A program made the position numbers and the translations under genes. 64,000 nucleotides of DNA from Candidatus Heimdallarchaeota archaeon (GTDB lineage Archaea > Asgardarchaeota > Heimdallarchaeia > Heimdallarchaeales > Heimdallarchaeaceae): assembly GCA_023705985.1 (NCBI GenBank), contig BPTO01000001.1, forward strand, positions 13,443 to 77,442, in the 5' to 3' direction. Within the stretch, counting starts at the first letter, position 1. Each line of letters begins with the position of its first letter. Of the stretch, positions 30,085 to 39,502 are shown in pieces. A model generated the notes under the pieces. It was not told the origin of the DNA. It saw only the letters and a program-made list of their open reading frames with translations, and searched no databases.

Positions 30085-31272
30085 TTGAGTGGTATGACTC
30101 AACAGCATAATGAAAACTATCAATATAAATATCAAGAATCTTACAAAGACAATTATGATTCAAACAATCCCCCAGATACTTTCAAGAGTTCTAATGCAGA
30201 CAAAGAACTGGAACAATTTCTTCAAAAAAGGGATACTAATTCTGACAAATTTGACAGTCAAGAAGCTAATTCATTTATTCAACGAGTGCTTCGAAATAAC
30301 CGAATCCTTGCTATGGGTATTGGAGGTGCAGGTTCCAATGCTATTAATAACATTATGATGCGTGGAGGAATTGTGGGAGCCACCACTGTTGCCATCAATA
30401 CCGATGCACGTCATCTACTAAGTGTTAAAGCTACTAAGAAACTTCTTATTGGTCGAGAACTAACAAATGGAACAGGAGCTGGAAATGACCCTAATATAGG
30501 TCGAGCGGCAGCAGAAGAGAATGAAGACGATATCCGTGATCTCGTTCGAGGTAACGATTTAGTTTTTATTGCATGTGGTTTAGGGAAGGGCACGGGTACT
30601 GGTGGTGCACCTTTCGTTGCTAAAATTGCACAAGAAGAGGGATGTTTGGTTGTTTCTGTTTGTATATTGCCTTTTGCTTCAGAAGGAAAAGCAAAAATGG
30701 AAACTGCTTCCCGAGGACTTGAAGAATTGAATGAACACTCAAATACCATTATTGTTGTCTCAAATGAAATGTTACTAATGTATGATCCTGAACTTCCTTT
30801 GTGGGACGCGTTTAAAATTGCAGATGATGTTTTAATTAATGCAGTTATTGGGTTAACTGAGCTTGTTGTTCTTCCTGCACGCGTAAATGTAGATTTCGCA
30901 GACACAAAGAAGATTCTTCGTCGCAGTGGTCCAGCTGTTATTGGAGTTGGAAATGGTAAGGGCGAAAAAAGAGCTATACAAGCTATTACTGATGCTTTAT
31001 CTAATCCTCTCATCGATGTGGATATTTCTACCTCTACCGGAGCTCTAGTCAACATAAAAGCTAACAGAAACATAGCTATGACAGAAGTTGACGCTATTAC
31101 AACCATGATTACAGACCAAATTCATCCTAAAGCTGAATTTGTTTGGGGTTGTAATATAGATGAAACCATGCCTGATGATGAAGTATCTGTTACCGTTGTA
31201 ATTGCAGAAGTTAGGTCTCCTTACCTCTTCAAATCTGAAGAAATGACAATTGATGCCTTATGGACAGAATAA
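30085..31272 (+). CDS. ftsZ: cell division GTPase FtsZ with Q/N-rich N-terminal extension
   Basis: GIGGAGSNAINNIM, NTDARHL and the tubulin signature GLGKGTGTGGAPFVA. Confidence 0.85.
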   Translation: MSGMTQQHNENYQYKYQESYKDNYDSNNPPDTFKSSNADKELEQFLQKRDTNSDKFDSQEANSFIQRVLRNNRILAMGIGGAGSNAINNIMMRGGIVGATTVAINTDARHLLSVKATKKLLIGRELTNGTGAGNDPNIGRAAAEENEDDIRDLVRGNDLVFIACGLGKGTGTGGAPFVAKIAQEEGCLVVSVCILPFASEGKAKMETASRGLEELNEHSNTIIVVSNEMLLMYDPELPLWDAFKIADDVLINAVIGLTELVVLPARVNVDFADTKKILRRSGPAVIGVGNGKGEKRAIQAITDALSNPLIDVDISTSTGALVNIKANRNIAMTEVDAITTMITDQIHPKAEFVWGCNIDETMPDDEVSVTVVIAEVRSPYLFKSEEMTIDALWTE

Positions 31273-31334
31273 ACCTCCATTTTTTCTTTTTGTGGTCTTT
31301 TTATTCTTTAGTTAAATTATAATATTAGACCACT

Positions 31335-32411
31335 ATGTCTAATCTCCAGATTCATGATTTAGAAGACATGCTTATTTTGGAGTCTACTTACCAATCAATC
31401 GGAATAGTAGGTTTCACGCTTCTAAAGAATGAAAGTAGCAACTTTTCTAAATTCTCAAATAAATTGTTTAACTATATTGATTCGTTTGGCTATCCGTATA
31501 CTATAAAAATTACTCAAAATTCAGTCAATCTTTTTCTTCTTATAAGCACTAAAGACATTGGAGAGCTTATTGTAAAAGTTTCCACATTAATGAATCGAAT
31601 GAAAAAACTTGGACCTTTTGATTCACGTTTAATTATGTCTCCTTTGAATCACAGGAAAACAACAGAGCAAATTCAAAGTTTTCTCTCTTCAAAAATCAGA
31701 CGAACTAAAGATCCGAAAATTGTTGAAATCAAGAAAGAATACTGGACATTTCTATCTTTAAAGTTTTCAAAGTATGACTCTAATCATTTTACAGGATATA
31801 TCAAGAAAGTTTTGACTTATCCTTCATGTTCAATTCACCTCAGTACACGTTTCTCAAATAGAAATGCAAGAAAAAAAAAGAAAACACAATTTGGAATCAT
31901 GATTTCATTTAATTCTTTATCCATTAAAGAATGCAAAGATTTCATTGAAAAACTAGCCTTATTCTCTAAAGAATATCAGCACAAAATTTCTTGTGTCTTG
32001 GATTTCCATTCGTATCATGATGTAAAGAACGCTAAAATAGCCCATTTTATAGGTTTAACTAAAACAACTCAAACCGCTATTTTATGGAACAATGTTTTAA
32101 ATTTAGAAATTCTTATTCCTAATATTAACTTTCAGAATATTTTATCTCAAGACAGAAACAGTGAAGTTTTGCAAGTAACTAAAACAACACAAGAACCCTA
32201 TCAAAAAATAAATAAAACTCAAACACATAATGATTTGATTCAAAAAGCCATTACTCCACTACAAGTAGAAAAAAGTGCTCTAGGAATTAAAGAAACAGAG
32301 AAGAGAAGCGAAAAAAAGAAGACTTCACCAACCTTGTCTTTTTTTGGTAAAGAAGTTACAGATGATGAAGTGGAACAGCTTGTAAAAACTATACCCTCAA
32401 CCCCAAAGTAG
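31335..32411 (+). CDS. hypothetical protein
   Basis: 358-aa ORF downstream of ftsZ with no motif. Confidence 0.4.
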   Translation: MSNLQIHDLEDMLILESTYQSIGIVGFTLLKNESSNFSKFSNKLFNYIDSFGYPYTIKITQNSVNLFLLISTKDIGELIVKVSTLMNRMKKLGPFDSRLIMSPLNHRKTTEQIQSFLSSKIRRTKDPKIVEIKKEYWTFLSLKFSKYDSNHFTGYIKKVLTYPSCSIHLSTRFSNRNARKKKKTQFGIMISFNSLSIKECKDFIEKLALFSKEYQHKISCVLDFHSYHDVKNAKIAHFIGLTKTTQTAILWNNVLNLEILIPNINFQNILSQDRNSEVLQVTKTTQEPYQKINKTQTHNDLIQKAITPLQVEKSALGIKETEKRSEKKKTSPTLSFFGKEVTDDEVEQLVKTIPSTPK

Positions 32412-32525
32412 ACATAAAAAATATCACGAGGAACCACTCGTTATTTAAAACATTACAAGAGTAAGTTTCTGCAAGGAAGCAATGTTGATAAGGTCAACAT
32501 TTTACCCGTAGCAAGGAAGAAAAGG

Positions 32526-32897
32526 ATGCCAGAAAATACAAAAAGAAAACGTTTTCATAGAAATAAAACTTTAGCGCTATCTAAAAAGGACGTTGAACAT
32601 CAAGTTATCCAACTATTAGAAAAAGCAGATAAAATCATTCAATCAGATATTGATCTCGCTCAAAACTATGCTAAGCAAGCAAAAAGAATTCAGATGAAAA
32701 CAAGAGCAAAGTTTCCTCCCCAATGGAAAAAACGTTTTTGTAAACATTGTAAATCTTTTCTCCACCCAGGAATAAACTGTAGAGTTAGGCTTTCCTCATC
32801 CAATAAAAGATTAGCTATCAAATGTTTCCATTGTAATCAATATTCAAGAATTCCATACCACAACAAGGAGGGTAACAGTGAAAGAATTAATCAATAA
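32526..32897 (+). CDS. rnp4: RNase P protein subunit Rpr2/Rpp21
   Basis: Basic N-terminal helices plus a C-terminal zinc ribbon (CKHC...CFHC). Confidence 0.65.
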   Translation: MPENTKRKRFHRNKTLALSKKDVEHQVIQLLEKADKIIQSDIDLAQNYAKQAKRIQMKTRAKFPPQWKKRFCKHCKSFLHPGINCRVRLSSSNKRLAIKCFHCNQYSRIPYHNKEGNSERINQ

Positions 32898-33126
32898 AGT
32901 GCGCCATGGACCCCCAAAAATTAGAATTGGCAAAAAAGGGATAACAGAGAACATCATAAAGGAAATTAAATCTTTACTAAAAATAGACAAAACTATTAAA
33001 ATAAAATGTCTACACGTAATACCCAAAGAATCAGTTGAAGCAATTGCTCAAAATATAGTAAGATTAACTAATAGCAATATCATAGAACTCAGAGGAAAAA
33101 CAATTATTTTACAAATAAAGAACTAA
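32878..33126 (+). CDS. CRS1/YhbY (CRM) domain RNA-binding protein
   Basis: KIRIGKKGITENII matches the CRM-domain GxxG loop. 82 aa. Confidence 0.6.
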   Translation: MKELINKVRHGPPKIRIGKKGITENIIKEIKSLLKIDKTIKIKCLHVIPKESVEAIAQNIVRLTNSNIIELRGKTIILQIKN

Positions 33127-35417
33127 CAATAGTCCAGAGACTTTTGTATTTCAATTACTTCAGGGAAAGAGAGAATTTTTTGAATTTGTGTGCTTACTGG
33201 CTTTTTATTGACTAAATCTAGATACTTTTTGTAACTTCTTTTTATATTTCTGTCAGCAACATCTTTTTCCAGTAAAAACAGGTTTTCCTCTTCAATCACT
33301 TCATTAAGATTTGATGATATTTTATCTCTAAAATATGTCTCGAAAACTAGATGGTTTAGCGTGATGACAAGAGATTTTCGTAGGTTTTGAATATCTCGGC
33401 TTAAAGCTCTATTTTGGATTAACCTTAAGTTAATCACTATTTTTACTATTTTCCGGAAATTTTCTTGATTTCGTAGTTTTGGAATCGGAATTTGGGCAAT
33501 TTGATTGGTACGGAAATCATATAGATTGTAGACTTTCTTGTTCACTATTTGAGTGTAATATTGAATCATGGTAGAATTAAGAACAGCAAGGAGATAATAC
33601 CAGTTTATTTTTTCGATAAATTCATCCTTAATCGCTAATGTAATAACATCTGTTTCATTTATTGTTGAAGGAGAGTTCTCATCAACAAAAGCAAATTTGT
33701 TTCTTTCATTTTGGTAGGGGCAGATTATTTTAGGCACACGATTTATTAAAGAAAGAGAGCGGTAGGCAGCGTAATCATAAAAATCTTTTAATTTGTATTT
33801 TACCTTTGAGCGCTCTAAACGGGATTTATGTTTTTTCAAATAATCAAATAATGTTGGGTAATCTTCTATATTTTTTTCTTTTAAAAAAATCCAATACTGA
33901 TTACTTTTGTTCCAGAAAAATTGTTGTATATCTCTATTTTTTATCAACAACCGTAAACCATCGACTTCAGAATCAGGTAAGTTGATTTGGATACGATTAT
34001 ACCCTTCATAGGTTGATTTGGATAATTTTTTTAGACAAAATATGTTGTTGTTGCCTGTTGAACACCCTTTACCAATACTACAAATACCTGTAAATGATCG
34101 TGATTTCTTATCATCACCGAGATAGTAGGAAGAATGATCTTCTATATAATCAATTATGTGGGTCTTTCCAAAAATCCATCTTTTATCCGTGAGTTCAGCT
34201 TGTTTTATCTCTACATTCGAAAAATTAGCCTTATTGATATGGGATATAGTCCCTATTTTATTGAGGAAATAAACATCAACCAATGTTTGAACCGGGAGTT
34301 TTTTCTCAATAGAAACGATAGCTGTATCTACTCCTAAACGTCTTTCTCTTTGATAAAAAACCGTTCTATTACTCCGAAAATCTATAATTTCTCTAATAGT
34401 AGAATTGGATAATAAAAACTGTCTTAGGGAATCGCTATCAGTTCCTTCAAGCCAATATCTTGGAGTAATAAATGAAATTAAACCTCCCCTCTTACACAGA
34501 TTCAGTGCTCTTTCCCAGAAAATATTTGAAATATCTCCATTTGGATTATAAGTTGAATAGATACTTTTGTAGACTCTTCGTTCTCCAAGATTTAGTTTTT
34601 TTACATTGATGTATGGTGGATTACCAACAATTACATCAAAACCACCACGAGCGTGAACCCTTGAAAATTGTTTAAACCAATGAATAAAAGGTTGTTTCAT
34701 TAGCCATTTCTTTACAAAAATTATATCTTTTTGTGATACAATGGAGAAGACTTTTTTTTCCCATTCTTTATCTATATTTCCAATTCCAACAGGATATTCT
34801 TGAAGAAAATCGTACCCTAAAAGACTATTACTTACAATAAAATTGGGTGTTATAAACGGTAGAGTTTCACTATTAATGTTCTTGAAAGCGTGCTCATACA
34901 GTTTTAGTTTAGCTAAATAAATTGATTCAGAAGAAATGTCTAAACCATAAAGATTGTTTCTCATAATACAGAAAATTATCTTTTCCTTTATAGTTTCGTC
35001 ACCCAATGACGAATAATTCCCGTAGTTTTCACTTTTTAGTATATTACTACATGTTAAATAAATATCAAACAAAAAGTCAAATGAGCGTAAAAGAAAAATA
35101 CCCCAACCCATTGCAATGTCGCAAATTGTGAACTGAGGCAGTATTTGATGATATAGCAATGAAGCGATATGAACATTTCTCTGCTTTAGAGCTTCTTTAA
35201 AGTTTGTTTGTTCTTTTAGACCTAATATTTTGCTTAATTTGCTATTTAGTGAATAAAGTATGGTTTTATCAAGAATATAATCTACCACAAAATCAGGAGT
35301 GTAAAAGAGTCCTTTACCTTTTTTTTGATCACTAGACCGAGAAAATATTTGCTTTTCTGTAGAAATTATTTCATTCTTTATCTGATTAAAAGAAACTTTT
35401 TTACCACTTCTTAACAT
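33123..35417 (-). CDS. gamma-class N6-adenine DNA methyltransferase (Eco57I/TaqI-like) with C-terminal target-recognition region; no nuclease domain
   Basis: Motif X GLFYTPDFVVDYIL, motif I-like CDIAMGWGIFL and motif IV DVIVGNPPY in order. 764 aa. No adjacent restriction gene. Confidence 0.75.
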   Translation of the reverse strand: MLRSGKKVSFNQIKNEIISTEKQIFSRSSDQKKGKGLFYTPDFVVDYILDKTILYSLNSKLSKILGLKEQTNFKEALKQRNVHIASLLYHQILPQFTICDIAMGWGIFLLRSFDFLFDIYLTCSNILKSENYGNYSSLGDETIKEKIIFCIMRNNLYGLDISSESIYLAKLKLYEHAFKNINSETLPFITPNFIVSNSLLGYDFLQEYPVGIGNIDKEWEKKVFSIVSQKDIIFVKKWLMKQPFIHWFKQFSRVHARGGFDVIVGNPPYINVKKLNLGERRVYKSIYSTYNPNGDISNIFWERALNLCKRGGLISFITPRYWLEGTDSDSLRQFLLSNSTIREIIDFRSNRTVFYQRERRLGVDTAIVSIEKKLPVQTLVDVYFLNKIGTISHINKANFSNVEIKQAELTDKRWIFGKTHIIDYIEDHSSYYLGDDKKSRSFTGICSIGKGCSTGNNNIFCLKKLSKSTYEGYNRIQINLPDSEVDGLRLLIKNRDIQQFFWNKSNQYWIFLKEKNIEDYPTLFDYLKKHKSRLERSKVKYKLKDFYDYAAYRSLSLINRVPKIICPYQNERNKFAFVDENSPSTINETDVITLAIKDEFIEKINWYYLLAVLNSTMIQYYTQIVNKKVYNLYDFRTNQIAQIPIPKLRNQENFRKIVKIVINLRLIQNRALSRDIQNLRKSLVITLNHLVFETYFRDKISSNLNEVIEEENLFLLEKDVADRNIKRSYKKYLDLVNKKPVSTQIQKILSFPEVIEIQKSLDYC

Positions 35418-35697
35418 AAAACCAATATAACCTTAAAATTTAGCATTTTTCTCTTTTTCGTATCTGTACAAAATTAATGTGAAGGAAAATTTTCTACTTG
35501 TATATTGATAAAAACTCAATGAGTGCGCAGAAAAAACCAATTGTCTCTATGAAAAAGTTCTTGCAGTAAAATTTCAAGGTTTAAGTGAAACTAGTTTCAA
35601 GAAAGAATTTCTGAAACTCTACTGCAGCCAAGAAACGATTGATGAAGGCACAAAAGCTTTGTATACCAAACTAAAGAGGGTATGCTTACTGCTTTTC

Positions 35698-36102
35698 CTA
35701 ACTAAAGGAAAGCAATCTTGCAACCTTTTCAGCAGCTCTAGACATATCTAAAAACAATAATCCCAATTTTGCATCAGGAGTTGAGCTTACAGTTAGAACA
35801 GCATTTTCACCGGCTTGCATTGTTATAATATGTCCATGTTCTCCTTCAACAAAAATCTTCTTTAATCCACCCTTTTTTAGTTCTAATGCAACACGCTCCC
35901 CCAGAGACAACATAGCTGCGGTCATCGCTGCAAATCTAGTTTCTTCAATTTGTTCAAGTACTACGGATGCAATTGGTAATCCCTCTGCTGAAACAATGGA
36001 AACATCAATGATGCCAGGAGACCTGAATCTCAATTCGTTTATACATTCCATAAGTTCAGAGTTCATAGATTCTAAGTTTATGCTTGAGTTAAATAATGCC
36101 AT
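35698..36102 (-). CDS. roadblock/LC7 (MglB-like) domain protein
   Basis: GIIDVSIVSAEGLPIAS...AAMTAAMLSLGE...VLTVSSTPDAKLGLLFLDM matches the roadblock alpha-beta fold. Confidence 0.75.
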   Translation of the reverse strand: MALFNSSINLESMNSELMECINELRFRSPGIIDVSIVSAEGLPIASVVLEQIEETRFAAMTAAMLSLGERVALELKKGGLKKIFVEGEHGHIITMQAGENAVLTVSSTPDAKLGLLFLDMSRAAEKVARLLSFS

Positions 36103-36166
36103 TTTAAATCATCCAGACATTATACTGCACATAAACATAAAAACCCAACAATAAATTAGGAGGAGA

Positions 36167-37054
36167 TTAGTTAATTTCAATTTTAGGGCAAATATCCAGA
36201 CATAATTGTTTTATTTCTTCCTTTTGTTTCAAAGGATTGCCAGATAGAAAGATGGACTTAGTGGGTTTAGCGAGTTTGACTATTTCATCGGTAGTGGTTG
36301 GTTTATTGCGATTAATAGATCTGTAGTTATCAATTGCCCTAAAATAAGATTGGGGCTCGTAAACAAACATTGTACCTGGACCTACTATAACTACAATATC
36401 AGAATCTCTAATACACCATGCAGGATGAGCAGAATCATTAAAACTTTCTATAATTATAATTTTTGAATTAGTTTTAAGATAATCATAACAAGATTGCACG
36501 GCATTGGCGTAATATTGACCATTCAAAGCATAATATTCGTGTTCACTTCGATACTTTTTAAGTAGGCAATTACTTTCAATTACGGAATCAACAAGGGTTC
36601 GGTTTGTCCAAAACTTTTGATTAGAATATATTGACTCATCTAAAATGTAAGTATTCTTCAGTTCTTCTCCTCCACTATAAGTTGTAAAACGTTGAAGCAA
36701 AGGAACACTACCAGAGAACCGAGAAAAAAAGGTATTCAATGTACCTTCCTCTGAGAAATAAAAAGGAAAGGCTTGGGTATTAACGCGATGAACAGGGTTT
36801 ACTAGTATAGGAGAAACATCATTGGAGGAACAAGAAAGTAGATCAAGTACGTCAAGTGACACAAAGTGTGAATGTTTTTGCACGATTTCCTCAATTTGAG
36901 GGGAATGGAAAAAGAGATTGTTCCCACTTAAGGGTTTAAAAGGAGTTGTTATTATAGATTTCTCATTTTCAAAAAACGTAATTATTTCTTTAGCTACGGT
37001 AGTTTTACCAGAATTAAATTCTAACAAACCACCAATGAAGATAGTGAAAACCAT
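36167..37054 (-). CDS. putative P-loop NTPase (BioD/CobQ-like fold), function unknown
   Basis: N-terminal beta-strand plus GGLLEFNSGKTT Walker-A-like loop, and a later hydrophobic strand ending in D/E (IIIIESFND). Confidence 0.4.
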   Translation of the reverse strand: MVFTIFIGGLLEFNSGKTTVAKEIITFFENEKSIITTPFKPLSGNNLFFHSPQIEEIVQKHSHFVSLDVLDLLSCSSNDVSPILVNPVHRVNTQAFPFYFSEEGTLNTFFSRFSGSVPLLQRFTTYSGGEELKNTYILDESIYSNQKFWTNRTLVDSVIESNCLLKKYRSEHEYYALNGQYYANAVQSCYDYLKTNSKIIIIESFNDSAHPAWCIRDSDIVVIVGPGTMFVYEPQSYFRAIDNYRSINRNKPTTTDEIVKLAKPTKSIFLSGNPLKQKEEIKQLCLDICPKIEIN

Positions 37055-37399
37055 CGATAATACCTAAAATAACGAGAAAAGAGTGTTGATATATGTTTCG
37101 AAAAAGGAGAGGAACAAGGAAACTTCTTGTTAACTGATAAGTGATTTTTAATGTCTCAAATACTTGGTTTTAATGATATTTTCACATAATCTATGACATT
37201 AAGATATCATTCCACCTTTTTGCTGGCACCGATAAAATATAATGTTTTCCAGGATATTAATACACTTGGAATAATTTATCTATTAAGTGATGTTTTATTC
37301 TCTCCTTTTCTCTTTTTCAAATTATTATATACCGGACAGAAGAAAAGAAATTAAAAGATAAACTAGACAGGATAATGTTGCTTAGAAAATTAGAGTTGG

Positions 37400-37471
37400 A
37401 GCGGGGTGGGAGATTCGAACTCCCGTCCATGGCTTTGCAGGCCACTGCATAAACCGCTCTGCTAACCCCGC
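37400..37471 (-). tRNA. tRNA-Cys (GCA), U73 discriminator; CCA encoded
   Basis: Acceptor GCGGGGT/ACCCCGC, anticodon stem GTGGC/GCCAT, loop CTGCAAA, T-arm GGGAG TTCGAAT CTCCC, discriminator U as expected for tRNA-Cys. Confidence 0.75.
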
Positions 37472-37566
37472 TTATCTAAGGTTTTTTTCTTCACTTCCTC
37501 TTTTTTTCTATTAATAAAAAATATTTCTATCTTTCAGATGTTAACTTTTTTTAGTTTCAATTGTTT

Positions 37567-38019
37567 TTATTGTCTTGAATACACGATATGTTTAAACTCT
37601 ACCAACTCTCTAATCATCATAAAATGTGTATCCTTCTTTGCTTCGTTTTGCATTGACTTATCCATTGTTATTGCCTTTCTTAGTGATTTTATAGCTTTGC
37701 GCTCTCTTCTAGTGTTTGCTTGTAATATTGCCAATATGTACCAGTATTCAGCATTTTTTTCCTTTCTTTTTATTTCCCTTAATAGGTTTGCTATTTCTTC
37801 GTAGGAACATTGTTCTAGAGCCAATTTCATTTTCAATGACAGAATTAACCTACGTTCTTTTTCCTGATTCAATTGTTCTATCATTTTCTTAGCTTTGTCA
37901 TATTTTGATTGATTTATATAACATGTACTCAAAGCGAATAAAACCTCTGATAAACCCTCTTTCTTCCCTTTTACTTCTAATAGAACCTTCTCAGCAGCCT
38001 TATTATTCTTCATTTTCAT
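37567..38019 (-). CDS. TPR-repeat protein, C-terminal part (in frame with 38110..38589 across a single TAA)
   Basis: Helical repeat sequence. The ORF is in the same frame as the upstream ORF. Confidence 0.45.
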   Translation of the reverse strand: MKMKNNKAAEKVLLEVKGKKEGLSEVLFALSTCYINQSKYDKAKKMIEQLNQEKERRLILSLKMKLALEQCSYEEIANLLREIKRKEKNAEYWYILAILQANTRRERKAIKSLRKAITMDKSMQNEAKKDTHFMMIRELVEFKHIVYSRQ

Positions 38020-38109
38020 ATAACATAAGGCTAGATTAACCCATTCTATTACTGATTCGCCTCTTAAGGATAAACCATCTAGAAACAGGTTTATTGCTAA
38101 ATCAAATTT

Positions 38110-38589
38110 TTATTCGTTCATGTAAATATTAGCAAGTCTAAAATATGCTTTTGAATAAGCTTTATCCGTCTCTATTGTTTTTCTAAAATAGGTTTTCGCC
38201 ATCCTTATTTTATTTGTTTTTTCATAGTTTGAGCCTAAGGAATACAGAATCCATACATCGTTCTTGCTAATTTTCAGGCTTTTTAGAAGTATCTTAATCG
38301 CTTTTTTATGCTCATTCATGTTTCTATAGGCGATACTCTGAAGTTTCAAAGCTTTTATTGACTCTGGATTATTATCCAAATATTTGTTAATAATTTTTAT
38401 AGTTCTTCTATATTTTTTAGCATATATTTCTAGAGTTGCTATTTTCAATAAGAGCTCCTTTTCCTCATCATATATTCTATAACTTATTAACAATATAATT
38501 GCACTTAAATGCTGCTTATTACGTGTTTCAAATTTCTGTGAGCATTTTAATAAGTTTTGTGCGAGTGTATATCTAAAAGAGCTCATCAT
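38110..38589 (-). CDS. TPR-repeat protein, N-terminal part
   Basis: Several TPR-like 34-aa repeats (AYFRLANIYMNE, etc.). Confidence 0.5.
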   Translation of the reverse strand: MMSSFRYTLAQNLLKCSQKFETRNKQHLSAIILLISYRIYDEEKELLLKIATLEIYAKKYRRTIKIINKYLDNNPESIKALKLQSIAYRNMNEHKKAIKILLKSLKISKNDVWILYSLGSNYEKTNKIRMAKTYFRKTIETDKAYSKAYFRLANIYMNE

Positions 38590-38694
38590 CTATTATTGTT
38601 CTTTTCAAAGTAAAAATCTATCGGAATTGGAAATAATTCTTAAGTTATTAGTTTATCAAAAAGAATTAATAGTTTTGTCTATTGTGGTTACATA

Positions 38695-39423
38695 ATGGTC
38701 TCTTCAAAGAATATTACTTGGGATTGGCAGGGGAGAAATTTTTACGTAAAAGTCCTTCATTCTTTAGCTGGTGTAGCTACACAAATTCTTGTTAGAAACA
38801 AAGATAATAATCGATGTGTCCTCATGGATGTTGGTGATGGGATAATTCGGGATCTTTTACCATTACAATCAGATTTATACAACAACATTCATACAATATT
38901 GATAACTCACGGACATTTTGATCATATGGGAGGTCTTTTTTCACTTCTGGGTTTCTTTAGGATGATAGGTAGAAGAAGTAAACTAACTATCGTTTGCCCT
39001 AAAGATGTTGTTGAAATAAAGGGAATCATACAATTATTCAAGAAAAGCTATAGAGATTCTATTCTATATGAAATTGAATTACTTGAGATAAGTCGAGAGC
39101 TTGTTATTGAAGAATTAAAGATTGAAGCTTTTCAGGTTCAACATCGAGGTTCTCTTGTAGACGGGAGTGAGCTCTCTTCAATCCCAGCTGTTGGTTTTAT
39201 TCTTTCAGCAGGAAAGGATGGGGAAAAAATCGTCTATACAGGAGATACTGGTTATTTTGAAAAATTAAAAGATTATATTTCCAATGCAGATTTTGCATTA
39301 ATTGAAGGTACTCACAAAGACAAAACATCGTCATATCATCTATCTATTCAAGAAGCTGAAAAACTCGGAAAAAATGCTAAACAATATTTAATCATTCACA
39401 AGACACCTTCTTTAGAAAGATAA
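38695..39423 (+). CDS. MBL-fold metallo-hydrolase
   Basis: HxHxDH motif ITHGHFDHMGG. Confidence 0.6.
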   Translation: MVSSKNITWDWQGRNFYVKVLHSLAGVATQILVRNKDNNRCVLMDVGDGIIRDLLPLQSDLYNNIHTILITHGHFDHMGGLFSLLGFFRMIGRRSKLTIVCPKDVVEIKGIIQLFKKSYRDSILYEIELLEISRELVIEELKIEAFQVQHRGSLVDGSELSSIPAVGFILSAGKDGEKIVYTGDTGYFEKLKDYISNADFALIEGTHKDKTSSYHLSIQEAEKLGKNAKQYLIIHKTPSLER

Positions 39424-39502
39424 AAACAGATTTAGATTATCAACTATTTTTTGCCAAAAACACGTAGTTTTAAATACGGAAAGTAAAATTGTTTTATAGA
39501 TA

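Noticed and set aside
35500-35760. Plus-strand open frame reading ...KFQGLSETSFKKEFLKLYCSQETIDEGTKALYTKLKRV...
   Set aside because: It lacks a start codon in frame and runs antisense into the 3' end of the roadblock gene. It is likely a non-coding 3' UTR or chance frame.
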